A stretch of DNA of 64,000 bases from Limisphaerales bacterium. GTDB taxonomy: Bacteria; Verrucomicrobiota; Verrucomicrobiia; Limisphaerales; JAJOIW01. Position 1 is the stretch's first letter. Each line of letters begins with the position of its first letter. Below the pieces are notes generated by a model. The model ran no database searches. It was given only the letters and a program-made list of their open reading frames with translations, and was not told the origin of the DNA. Made by a program: the position numbers and the translations under genes. Positions 49,016 through 58,748 of this stretch are shown here, one piece after another. Location: positions 96,001 through 160,000 of the forward strand of contig CBFHOE010000002.1 in NCBI GenBank assembly GCA_965657355.1, written 5' to 3'.

Positions 49016-50260
49016 ATGGAGTCCAATCAGATAGAGCAAGCCAGGTTCCTACGTGACCGACATAGATATGAAGAGTCAGAAGCAATGCTTCTCGTGTATC
49101 TTTCGGCTTGTCCAGATAGCGCGGAGGGCCATTGTGAGCTCGCCTTGACAAGGATGAGCATGAGTGGACGTAAAAAAGATGCTCTTGAGTCAATCGAAAA
49201 GGCCATTGGACTGGCACCTGATAATGCTTGGATGCAGGCTGTAAGATCCTTTGCATTTTGTGACTTAGAAAAATTTGACAAAGCTTTGAAATCAGCTGAT
49301 GAGGCGATCGCTGCTGATGCAATGTGCGATCTAGCATGGATAGCCAAAGCACGATCACTTGGAGGAAAAGAAAGATGGAAAGAAGCAGAGGCGGCCGTAA
49401 GAAAATCACTAGAAATTGACCCAAACAACTCTCAGGCGAACAATCTCCTGTCGGTCTATCTCCGCGTGCAGGGTAAAACGCAAGAAGCGAATTTGTTTAC
49501 CGATTTGCAACTGAGTCAAGATGCGGAAGATCCATTTGCACTTTCAAATGCCGGATGGACAAGATTACATGAATCAAAATACAAGGAAGCTGAGCGGCTT
49601 TTCCTCGAAGCACTGAGATTAGATCCAGAACAAGAGTATGCAAGGCAGGGGTTACGAGAGGCCTACAAAACGCGGTCAGTTTTTTATAGATTATACCTTA
49701 AGTGGGCGTTGTTCATGCAGCGATTCGAGGGTAGAAGTCAAACCCTGATAATTATTAGTCTATTCATAGGGTATAAAGTATTCCAAAGTTACCTAAGCGA
49801 AATAAACCCCGCCTTTGCTATCACGCTGGCACTCATATATATGCTATTTATATTTTGGGTATGGTTAGCTTCTGGAGTTGGTCATTTCATCCTTCTTTTG
49901 GACAAGCGTGCTCGACTTTCCCTCAACAAGCAGGAAAAGCTAGATGGAAGTTTAGTTGGGGGGTCATTCTTGGGGGGACTAGCTTTCATGTTAATGGGAT
50001 TAATCCCATCTGTTAGTCATTTTATGGGAATGGGAGTATCCATGGTAGTTAGTGCCATTCCATTGTCACTAGTCGCTTTAAACGAAAGTAAAATTGGCGT
50101 TATCCTATTCGGATTATTTGGGGCACTTGGCATCTCTCTCGGAGCACTGACCGTGATCACATACTATACAATGGGGAAAACGACCGACTTCTTTTACATA
50201 AGCATACTTTTGGCATTTATAACGACCTGGATAGCTATGATTCCAGGATTGAGAAAATGA
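49016..50260 (+). CDS. TPR protein with C-terminal multi-pass membrane domain
   Basis: About six TPRs (AI.LAPDN, SLEIDPNN, ALRLDPE) followed by about six hydrophobic helices. Confidence 0.85.
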   Translation: MESNQIEQARFLRDRHRYEESEAMLLVYLSACPDSAEGHCELALTRMSMSGRKKDALESIEKAIGLAPDNAWMQAVRSFAFCDLEKFDKALKSADEAIAADAMCDLAWIAKARSLGGKERWKEAEAAVRKSLEIDPNNSQANNLLSVYLRVQGKTQEANLFTDLQLSQDAEDPFALSNAGWTRLHESKYKEAERLFLEALRLDPEQEYARQGLREAYKTRSVFYRLYLKWALFMQRFEGRSQTLIIISLFIGYKVFQSYLSEINPAFAITLALIYMLFIFWVWLASGVGHFILLLDKRARLSLNKQEKLDGSLVGGSFLGGLAFMLMGLIPSVSHFMGMGVSMVVSAIPLSLVALNESKIGVILFGLFGALGISLGALTVITYYTMGKTTDFFYISILLAFITTWIAMIPGLRK

Positions 50261-50314
50261 AAAAGCATTTATTAGGGCAACGCAAAAAGAGCCTTTAATA
50301 TCCTTTGAATTTTT

Positions 50315-53170
50315 TTAATCTTTGTTTTCAGTATTTGACTTTGAGCCACTTTCCTCCGGGTGAAGTTGAGCAATAAGGATATTGGAGGTATCAAAGTATT
50401 TTTTTGCAGCATCCATTATATTCTGTGGTTTTAATTTTTCAGGCTTAGAGGGAAAATCAATGATCGCGTCTGGATCGAGACCATTATTAAATCTGTAAAG
50501 GAGGTTAGAGGTCCAAAATGAATTCTGTTTACTTCCCGTCTCGAAGCCTCTTCTATGTATTTCTTTAACTTTTTCTATATTAGCCTCAGAGGCTGGCTCT
50601 GTTTGGAGCTTTCTAACCTCCTCTAAAGCCAACTTTATGAGCCTGTCGGCATTGGCAGGACTGCACCCGAATGAGATGGACGAACGAAAGGTTCCTTTTG
50701 GGACGTTAGAAAGAGATCCTGAAGCACGAACCCCGTAGACGCCCCCTTCGGCCTCCCGCAAAACTTCACGTAATCTGATGTTGAGCACGTCAACTGCAGC
50801 GCGTAGAGGATAAGAGAATTTATGATCCCATTTGGTATCTCCGTGCATGAGAATTTGGACAGTGGCTTTATCTTCCAGACCCTTATTAACTTTTACATTC
50901 ACTTGACCCTTTGTGGGGTCATCTTTTCTAAAGATCGGTTTTTCATCGCGATATCCACCCGGGAGGCTTGCTAAATATTTGCGGACGTATTCCTCAATTT
51001 TATCCCATTCAAAATTTCCTACTATAGCAACATTGTAATCTGATAGTGATTCAAAACGATTTTGGTAATATTCATACGACATATCAAGATCGAGGCTATT
51101 AATCCATTTTGCATCCAAGGGTTTATGTCTTGGGTGGTCACCATACATGGCTTTTCTTATCTCCTCTGAAAAGACATAGGATGGGTTATTTGATCTATTC
51201 TTGATGATATCAAGCATCTGCACTTTATAGGATTGAAAGACTTCAGGATCTAATCTCGGCTTGGTCAGCTTTAGGTGGAGCAGCTGGAACATATATTCAA
51301 GATCTTTAGGCGAGGCAAAACCACTGAAGCTTTCGGAGTAATTTCCAATTGAAATATCTGATGAGATATTTTTATCTGATAACAATTTGCTGAGATCAAC
51401 GGCGCTAAATTCATCGACTCCTCCTTGGCCAACCAGCATATCAGCAGTTGACGCAATGACAAAGTCATTGTCCTCTGCCAAGCTATATCCGCCAGGACTT
51501 GATGCACTCATTAAAATTTCATCATTTTTAAAATTAGTTTTCTTAAGAAGAACTCGCATGCGGTTTGAAAGCACCCACTCCCTGACATCTATCTTATCGT
51601 GATTCCGCCTAAAAATGATAGATCCTGGTTTTGGGTCATTTGCCATGAGCGGTTTACCTCCTAAACCGTCATCATATTGGCCTATTTCGGCAGCATCTGT
51701 TTCGTTAAGAATCTTTAGGATATCTTCTTTTGATGGAACTTTTACGCCATCTTTTTCTGGTGCGGAATAGACAATGACTCTGTTTTCCGAAGAAGCTAGT
51801 GAGGCAGAAGTGGCGTTCACCTCCTCTAGTGATATGGATGCTAGCATTTCATTTACCATTTCAAATTCTTTGGGAATTCCGGGTACGGCTTCACCCTCGA
51901 GGATATGCCTAATATATTCAGAAGCGAATGAGCTGGATTCTGATTTATCTCTTTCACTATACAAAGACTCATACGAACGGGCCAAGCCAGCTTTAGCTCG
52001 TTTAAGTTCGGTTTGTGTTAAACCATCTCTTTGAATTCTTCGCCACTCGAGAAGAACAGCTTTCAGTCCTTCTTCAAAAAGCCCATCCCTGACTACTGAA
52101 TTAATCATGAGCATTTCTTTAGAACGAACCATCGAACCTGTTCCTCCGGCAGCGTATAAATAAGGAGGATTCGCTTCTTGCAGCCTTTCTGCTAACCTTT
52201 GATTCAGTATCTGGTAAAAAAGCCCATCAACGATGGACTGTCTGTAGGCTTCATAAGTTTGCTGATCACTCGTGGGGAGTTTTCTTGAAATTCCAATAGT
52301 TGTATATTGGAGCTCTGGGTCCGTTTCAATAGAGAAGAGTGTTTCGGTGTGGTCAGGAACTTCATTCGACGGATTCTTGCGAGCGGCAGGGGGATTTTCG
52401 AGACCTGAAAAGTATTTTTTAATCAAACTAAGAATATTATCCTTGTCGAAATCACCGACAGCCACAATGGACATCCTATCAGGACGATACCAGTCGTTAT
52501 AGTATCTAAGGAAAACTTCTCTCGGGGCGTTTTTTATAATCTCGGCGTCTCCAATCGGGAGACGCTTCGCATAGCGGGAGTTATGAAAAAGAACAGGGAG
52601 TTGCTTGTCCATAATCCTTTTCTGAGCTCCTTTACCCAGACGTAATTCTTCTAAAATTACGCCTCGCTCTTTATCCAACTCTTCTTGATCAAAAGTAATT
52701 CCTCGCGCCCAATCTTGAAGAACCAGAAAAGCCTTCTCAATAATGACTTCATCATCGAGCGGGACTTGAAGCATGTACACAGTTTCTTCAAAACTGGTAT
52801 AAGCGTTTAAGTCTGGGCCGAAACGAAGACCTATGGACTCCAGAAAATCAACTAATTCATTTTTAGCGAAATTCTCAGTACCATTGAATGCCATGTGTTC
52901 AATAAAGTGAGCCAGCCCCAATTGGTCCTCATCTTCTTGCAGGGATCCAGCATCTACGATAAGTCGTAATTCCATCCTGTTTTCAGGCCTTGAATTTTCC
53001 CGAATCATGTATTGCAAGCCATTCTCAAACTTTCCTTTGATAATTTGTGGATCTAAGGGAAGTCTCTCGTTTTGTTGGGCGTTTAATTGGAAGAGAATCG
53101 TTGAAACCACGAGCGTTATGACCCAAAGGAGACAGATTGGTAATAATGAATGATGCTTTTTAAATTTCAT
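50315..53170 (-). CDS. M16 zinc protease (PqqL-like insulinase)
   Basis: Signal/anchor; GLAHFIEHMAFNG (HxxEH), NAYTSF, ERGVI.EE, WYRP. Confidence 0.93.
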   Translation of the reverse strand: MKFKKHHSLLPICLLWVITLVVSTILFQLNAQQNERLPLDPQIIKGKFENGLQYMIRENSRPENRMELRLIVDAGSLQEDEDQLGLAHFIEHMAFNGTENFAKNELVDFLESIGLRFGPDLNAYTSFEETVYMLQVPLDDEVIIEKAFLVLQDWARGITFDQEELDKERGVILEELRLGKGAQKRIMDKQLPVLFHNSRYAKRLPIGDAEIIKNAPREVFLRYYNDWYRPDRMSIVAVGDFDKDNILSLIKKYFSGLENPPAARKNPSNEVPDHTETLFSIETDPELQYTTIGISRKLPTSDQQTYEAYRQSIVDGLFYQILNQRLAERLQEANPPYLYAAGGTGSMVRSKEMLMINSVVRDGLFEEGLKAVLLEWRRIQRDGLTQTELKRAKAGLARSYESLYSERDKSESSSFASEYIRHILEGEAVPGIPKEFEMVNEMLASISLEEVNATSASLASSENRVIVYSAPEKDGVKVPSKEDILKILNETDAAEIGQYDDGLGGKPLMANDPKPGSIIFRRNHDKIDVREWVLSNRMRVLLKKTNFKNDEILMSASSPGGYSLAEDNDFVIASTADMLVGQGGVDEFSAVDLSKLLSDKNISSDISIGNYSESFSGFASPKDLEYMFQLLHLKLTKPRLDPEVFQSYKVQMLDIIKNRSNNPSYVFSEEIRKAMYGDHPRHKPLDAKWINSLDLDMSYEYYQNRFESLSDYNVAIVGNFEWDKIEEYVRKYLASLPGGYRDEKPIFRKDDPTKGQVNVKVNKGLEDKATVQILMHGDTKWDHKFSYPLRAAVDVLNIRLREVLREAEGGVYGVRASGSLSNVPKGTFRSSISFGCSPANADRLIKLALEEVRKLQTEPASEANIEKVKEIHRRGFETGSKQNSFWTSNLLYRFNNGLDPDAIIDFPSKPEKLKPQNIMDAAKKYFDTSNILIAQLHPEESGSKSNTENKD

Positions 53171-53281
53171 TTCAGTGATGCCTTATGAAAAATTTTATTA
53201 CGTAATTTTGCTTAGGTAAAGTTTCGTATCAACTGGAAAATTCTCAACGTTTTTTGGAAAAAAGTCATCAACTTGCTTTAT

Positions 53282-54886
53282 TCAATTCCCATAAGTTTTC
53301 TGAATATCCCTAAAGATTTCGTAGAGGTAACCTTGTAGATTTTTGACCGCTTGTATGTCCTGATCGTGCGCGAATTCAATGACATTTCGAATCCTAGACT
53401 GATAAGCGCTTGGCAAATGAACATCAGATTCAGGCAAAGAAAACCTCCTCAAAAGATACCCAAGATCTAATTGAGTCGTTAAGAAATCCAATTGGTTTAG
53501 GTATTCTTCAGTTTGTTCCATGTCTTCTGCAATTATGGCTTGGGTGAGTTCCCCCCTAACGTCTCCCATCTTGATAACGGTTAGTTGTGGCGGATCATAA
53601 ATAACTATGCCAAAGAAGTATGCCCCTGCCACTGCTATAGCCAAACCAAAGGCTAGAACAGTTGGCAAAGGTATGTGTTTTTCCTGAGATTCCAAATTTT
53701 TATTAAGTTTGGACTTCTGTCTTTTAAAAATAGTCACTATGCGGGATTCAATCCCACCCACCTTTTTAAGAAATAACCTATCTACAAAAAAGGATGTGGT
53801 GATCCCAATGACTAAAATCCAAGCCCCTATGATTTGGGTGGTATCAACTCGGCCAACGACTTCCTTCCAAATAACAATAAAATTTAATGAATCTAATGCA
53901 GAAGATGGCAGCCTAGAATAGGCATCAAAGGCATGTGTATGATCGATGGATCCAACTTTATTTCGCCAGGGAAGCCATTCCATAAAGAAGGAGAAGACTA
54001 AAGTAATAATAAAAAAGAAAATGATGAGAGAAAAAGTTCTTTTGAATCCATAGTCGCGCCTGATCCAATTTAAAACGGCAACATTTGCTCCGGCCCCAAG
54101 GATGGCCAAAACAAAAGCCGCACCTATGGAATAGCCATCACGAACAACATGCTCGAATTGCGTCATGATTTCCATTGGAGTCACGTATATTGGCAGAGCG
54201 AAAACTCCCATCAGGACTGGAGAATATATATTCCCATTAATAAATAGGCCTTGAAGAATCCCATAAGGTAGAATAGCCCCCAGAAAACCCATAAAAAGTA
54301 TAACTAACAACAAGTCGCCAACTATTTTTAAATTCAATGAGTTCAATAGGTTCCACCCTGATAATTTCAATCTCTGCAAGGAATAAGAAATTCCGGGGTC
54401 GGCATCAGAAAAGTTATCTGAATTTTTCCCTGTACCCATCATAGAATCCCACCCCCACCCCAATGCTACAGATATGAAAAAACTTCCAAACATGAATGCC
54501 ATGAAAGTCATAAAATCAACATGACTGATACCATAAGCAACCGAAATAGGGTTCATGACAGGGGCAACAGTCGTAAAACTCAGCAGTGTCCCATTTGACA
54601 ATCTAGCTCTTTTTAATTCCAAAGCGACGGGCAATGCCCCCAAGGCGCATACCGGTAGCGAAATCCCTAAAATCCAGCCTCTGAGAGCTCCTTGGAACCC
54701 ACCACCACCTAATAACGAATTCAATTGCTGGTGCCCCAGCATACCGCGCATTAAACCAGCGAATAAAACTCCGGAAAGCAAGAATGGGGCAGCTTCAAAA
54801 AAGGTCTCTAGCAGACGAAATATGCCACTGCCAATAATGCTATCTAGAGAGCTGGCGAACCCGGAAAAGTGTGGGCCGAAATTCAT
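53282..54886 (-). CDS. DUF318/ArsP-like permease with extra C-terminal region
   Basis: EAAPFLL.G, G..LPVCALGALP, AP..NP, second repeat P.YV.P, DHTH motif; many TM helices. Confidence 0.75.
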   Translation of the reverse strand: MNFGPHFSGFASSLDSIIGSGIFRLLETFFEAAPFLLSGVLFAGLMRGMLGHQQLNSLLGGGGFQGALRGWILGISLPVCALGALPVALELKRARLSNGTLLSFTTVAPVMNPISVAYGISHVDFMTFMAFMFGSFFISVALGWGWDSMMGTGKNSDNFSDADPGISYSLQRLKLSGWNLLNSLNLKIVGDLLLVILFMGFLGAILPYGILQGLFINGNIYSPVLMGVFALPIYVTPMEIMTQFEHVVRDGYSIGAAFVLAILGAGANVAVLNWIRRDYGFKRTFSLIIFFFIITLVFSFFMEWLPWRNKVGSIDHTHAFDAYSRLPSSALDSLNFIVIWKEVVGRVDTTQIIGAWILVIGITTSFFVDRLFLKKVGGIESRIVTIFKRQKSKLNKNLESQEKHIPLPTVLAFGLAIAVAGAYFFGIVIYDPPQLTVIKMGDVRGELTQAIIAEDMEQTEEYLNQLDFLTTQLDLGYLLRRFSLPESDVHLPSAYQSRIRNVIEFAHDQDIQAVKNLQGYLYEIFRDIQKTYGN

Positions 54887-55425
54887 TTTATATTATTTTT
54901 AATTTCCTTTTTCGATGGGGTAGTTACCGGAAAGACAGGCCCTGAGGAGCGAAATTTGTTACCGTCAATGACTACCTCTGGAATAACAACAAACAACTTT
55001 TTCCCATGAAATTTTTTTGGAAGTTGCCCCGAAAAAACGGTGAAGGTTGAGGGTTCTGAGTTATTCTTCTGAGATTTCAAGGAGAATTTTTTAGCGCTTA
55101 AGCCCTCATTCCCCAGCAAGCTTACCCATGATGACACTGTAGATTTTATCTTTAGAGGTTCATTGACCAAACGCCCGCCTCTGGATTGTCGCATGCACAA
55201 TTTAACCTCTCCACTTTGATGAACGAACCATTCGCAGTACAGCAAGGTCTTGTTTTTCCCACTGCCCCACTTACCCACAAAATGGTAGCTACCTCCATTT
55301 GGTCCTGAAAAATGGGCTTTTTCTTTTGCTGTAACAACTGGAATATTCATGGCAAGAGCCAAGCCGAATATCATGATGGTTAACTTAATTTTGTGGTAAA
55401 GTATCATTCTAAAACGTGAGTTCAT
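54883..55425 (-). CDS. secreted hypothetical protein (GPNGG motif)
   Basis: Signal peptide; HFSGPNGG; ATGA overlap with the permease start. Confidence 0.7.
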   Translation of the reverse strand: MNSRFRMILYHKIKLTIMIFGLALAMNIPVVTAKEKAHFSGPNGGSYHFVGKWGSGKNKTLLYCEWFVHQSGEVKLCMRQSRGGRLVNEPLKIKSTVSSWVSLLGNEGLSAKKFSLKSQKNNSEPSTFTVFSGQLPKKFHGKKLFVVIPEVVIDGNKFRSSGPVFPVTTPSKKEIKNNIK

Positions 55426-55530
55426 GAATAGCCATTATCTGAAAACTATTTATGGTCTTATGCCTGTGACTGGCATGGCTACATGATCATATACTAAATT
55501 GAATTACAGAGAAGAAGTAGCAAAAAGATT

Positions 55531-57057
55531 TTATCTGTGTAATGGAATAGTGACCTTGAATGGCCTTGCGGGATTTCTTGCTGAGTCATATATATTCCCA
55601 AAAGGGTAATCTTTCCAAGCATATCGAATAGTAATATGACTATTGGCCATATTTTTTTCTATTGAAATTTGGTTAGGGCCTATCAATTCAGCATTTGCCG
55701 GTCGAAAAAGGCTATCATCGGAAGCAATCGTGAACCCCTTGATCTCATCGCCCAATATTTCAATACCATTCCCAACATATTTGAAGGTTATGATGACATT
55801 ATCAGACGTTTGCTGGACGGCCTTGCGGTCCAGGGTTGGGCCTCTCCAAAGAGTTTTTTTGTTATATACGATATCTAGAGCGGCATTTGCAAGTCGCTCC
55901 CCTACGACGGATTTGCCTTTAGGGTGTATGTCATCATAATCCCCGGTATCAATTGTGACGACCATCCCAGTGCGACTTACCTCATGAGAGGCCATTTCTT
56001 GAGCTACTCTTAATTCAGCTAAAAGCGACTGTTGTTGAATCTCAGATTCGATAGTTTTGGGATCACGTTTTCTATCAAAATCCCATCTAGGGATCTGGAC
56101 ATAGAGAAAAGGAAGATCAGAAATATTCCAATATCGACGATAAGACCGAATAAGAGGTGGGAATAAATTTCTTAAGTGATTGGGCTGCTTCACATCCGAT
56201 TCTCCTTGATAATAAACAATACCACTTACAGGAAATTTAGTGAATGGAAGTACCATACCATTGAATAAATCTCCGGTGGAGTGAGGTTTTCGAGGAACAG
56301 CGATTGATCGAGGCATACCACCATCCGGGTATTGTTGCTTTTCATCTAGGTATATACCGTATCGGGACTGCCAAAGTGATATTTTTTTCTGATCTATTGC
56401 GAAAGTAAATTCAGCAAGAGAAGTCACCCCAAAAACATCATCACCCGGAAACCAAGAATTCATATGAGACGAGCCCCAGGAAGAAACTATTATTCCAATT
56501 GGATGATCTAAAGAATGGCTTAAGTAATATGAAAAAATAACTCCGATAGCAGAATATTTCGATGCATTCCTTTTATTTAATGGTAGCCAAAGGCCATTGC
56601 CATTTCCCACAGCCGAAGAAGATCTCAGTTTGGGTTGGTGGTATACACGAATGCATCTTTTATCAAATTCCTCCCCCAACTCCTCGATGTCAAAATCTGA
56701 AGCATGTAAAGGCATTTGAATATTTGATTGCCCAACAACAAACCAAACATCCCCAGCAACAACATCCCTGATGACAATAGATGATGAACCGTGAATTGAA
56801 ATGTTACTCTTTTGGTTTTTAGCTAATGGGGGTAATTTAATAGCCCACTGGCCTTTGGCGTCTGTTTGACTTTTTATGTTAATTCCAAAGCCGTCTAAAG
56901 AAATGATTTGGCCTGGATCATCCTCTCCCCTGAACCAGAATGGTTTATTTTTTTGAATGACCATGTGATCGGTTATATACCCATCAGTGATGACCGTCTG
57001 AGCGAATAGAGTCGAACTGAAAAAAAGGTATAATAAAACAAATAATTGAGGTCTCAT
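55531..57057 (-). CDS. sialate O-acetylesterase (SASA) family
   Basis: Likely start MRPQLF; GDVW..GQSNI, WG.S, LFNGM, YQGES, DIHP..K..VG.RLA, RYAW. Confidence 0.88.
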   Translation of the reverse strand: MRPQLFVLLYLFFSSTLFAQTVITDGYITDHMVIQKNKPFWFRGEDDPGQIISLDGFGINIKSQTDAKGQWAIKLPPLAKNQKSNISIHGSSSIVIRDVVAGDVWFVVGQSNIQMPLHASDFDIEELGEEFDKRCIRVYHQPKLRSSSAVGNGNGLWLPLNKRNASKYSAIGVIFSYYLSHSLDHPIGIIVSSWGSSHMNSWFPGDDVFGVTSLAEFTFAIDQKKISLWQSRYGIYLDEKQQYPDGGMPRSIAVPRKPHSTGDLFNGMVLPFTKFPVSGIVYYQGESDVKQPNHLRNLFPPLIRSYRRYWNISDLPFLYVQIPRWDFDRKRDPKTIESEIQQQSLLAELRVAQEMASHEVSRTGMVVTIDTGDYDDIHPKGKSVVGERLANAALDIVYNKKTLWRGPTLDRKAVQQTSDNVIITFKYVGNGIEILGDEIKGFTIASDDSLFRPANAELIGPNQISIEKNMANSHITIRYAWKDYPFGNIYDSARNPARPFKVTIPLHR

Positions 57058-57061
57058 GGTC

Positions 57062-58615
57062 TTAATTATTTGCATGGATAATCCTAAGAAAACCTTCCTC
57101 AGGGCTTTCAGTAATTGAGAATTGAATCGTGTTAAGCCCAATATTTGTAGGTGTTATTTGTTCGATGTTCCTCCATTCTTTTAGGTCGAATGAATGTTGA
57201 AGGGTGTAAGCAATGACTTTCGAAGGTGCTACGTAGTAAACATCAAGAAATTGAGAATCATCTGATATTTCCAACGAGTGAATATTAAGCTCGGGTTCAA
57301 CCACTTTAAGCATAAACGATGGAGAAACGGCCCTTTGATCGAATGACTCCATTACCATCCAGTAATTTCCATTGTCTGTCTGAGTAGCCACATCAATCTG
57401 AAGCTGGACATCGTGCCGGAAGGATAATTTAGGAGTGATAGGGATACCGTCCTTTACCCACTGATATGTTTGGAAATTAAATTCCGCATTAAAATCAAAT
57501 GTCTGGGAAAACTTAAAACCCTCGGTAGCTATATATTGAGCTTTGAAATTATGGAAATCCAAATGTGTAAAATTTGGGAGAAAGCTGTTGTGAAAAATAT
57601 AGTTTTTTTTTGCGACGACCTGAGAATAGTTATAAAAGCGAGAAGGGATTTTATAACTTTTATATGGAAAATTTGGGTGATCCATATTCACCAGGGATAA
57701 GAATTGCCTTTTCTCTTCCCCCTCCTCCTTCATGTGCAAGACTGCGAGGTGCGGCAGGCCAGCCACCATGTCAAGACAGGGTTTATTTGTCAGTGTTATA
57801 TTTTTTGTCCCAGCTAAATCCCTGAGATGGCAGCCTTGATTGTTGCCATAAACTAGACATAGCTCACCGCTCCTATAATCTTCGATAACGGTAAATGTGC
57901 TAAACCCGTCTAAATTTTTAAGATGGTATTTGCTTTCACCCGTTCCATCAGAATAGTGATACAAAATGTTGGATTGGGGATCTAAAAACCAAACACCCAT
58001 TTTGTTTATCTCTAGAGAATTAGAGTAGTCTAGAAGAGTATTCGGAGCATACCCATTGAAGATTTTTTTGAAGTCAAAAATATCCCAGTAAAGATGATGC
58101 AAATTGTCTGTGGGGTAAAGATCATGAGAATAGATTCCAGACTCAGCGAGCAGAACAATCCTAGCTCCAAACGAGCTTACTTGAAAGATCTTGCCCAATT
58201 GAGTCGATGGAACCCAATAAGGGTAAGACTCAACTGCAAAGTCATCATTGAGTAGGAGGTAATCTAGTCCTTGGTGCCCGGCTGAAGTTGAAAAAAGGTA
58301 TCCTCTAGATAACATTGATGAACTTTCAATACCCCCAGAACTCCCGGTCGTTGATGGGAATTTCGCTATCGGATAAAGATCATCATTTTTACCATCTAAG
58401 AGGAATAACTTTACGGGCAGAGATCGAGTGCTTTTTTCTGAATTTCCCTCGACTAAAAGGAGTTCAAAGCAACACACATTACCCGAATGCAATAAACAGG
58501 TAAGCGCAAATAGTATGATTCTTGTGCATGCTATTTTTGCTGAATGCCCCATAAGAAAGCGAAAATTATAACTCGACAAACTTACAACTATAAGGGTTAC
58601 AGAAAGACCGCACAA
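57062..58615 (-). CDS. secreted hypothetical protein: propeller-like region, Ig domain, C-terminal domain; start uncertain
   Basis: YQWVKDG...DNGNY (Ig); ends YTLQHSFDLKEW...GFLRI. Confidence 0.7.
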   Translation of the reverse strand: MCGLSVTLIVVSLSSYNFRFLMGHSAKIACTRIILFALTCLLHSGNVCCFELLLVEGNSEKSTRSLPVKLFLLDGKNDDLYPIAKFPSTTGSSGGIESSSMLSRGYLFSTSAGHQGLDYLLLNDDFAVESYPYWVPSTQLGKIFQVSSFGARIVLLAESGIYSHDLYPTDNLHHLYWDIFDFKKIFNGYAPNTLLDYSNSLEINKMGVWFLDPQSNILYHYSDGTGESKYHLKNLDGFSTFTVIEDYRSGELCLVYGNNQGCHLRDLAGTKNITLTNKPCLDMVAGLPHLAVLHMKEEGEEKRQFLSLVNMDHPNFPYKSYKIPSRFYNYSQVVAKKNYIFHNSFLPNFTHLDFHNFKAQYIATEGFKFSQTFDFNAEFNFQTYQWVKDGIPITPKLSFRHDVQLQIDVATQTDNGNYWMVMESFDQRAVSPSFMLKVVEPELNIHSLEISDDSQFLDVYYVAPSKVIAYTLQHSFDLKEWRNIEQITPTNIGLNTIQFSITESPEEGFLRIIHANN

Positions 58616-58748
58616 ACAAATAAAAAAGTAAGTAGATTAAGCAAGCCTTTGGTTTACAAGCAGACCTTATTTCACTATAGAATACCAAATGGGTTAAGGC
58701 TTAGACTGACCCTTGAAATAATAGCAGGGGAAAGAAAGAACAAAGCAC

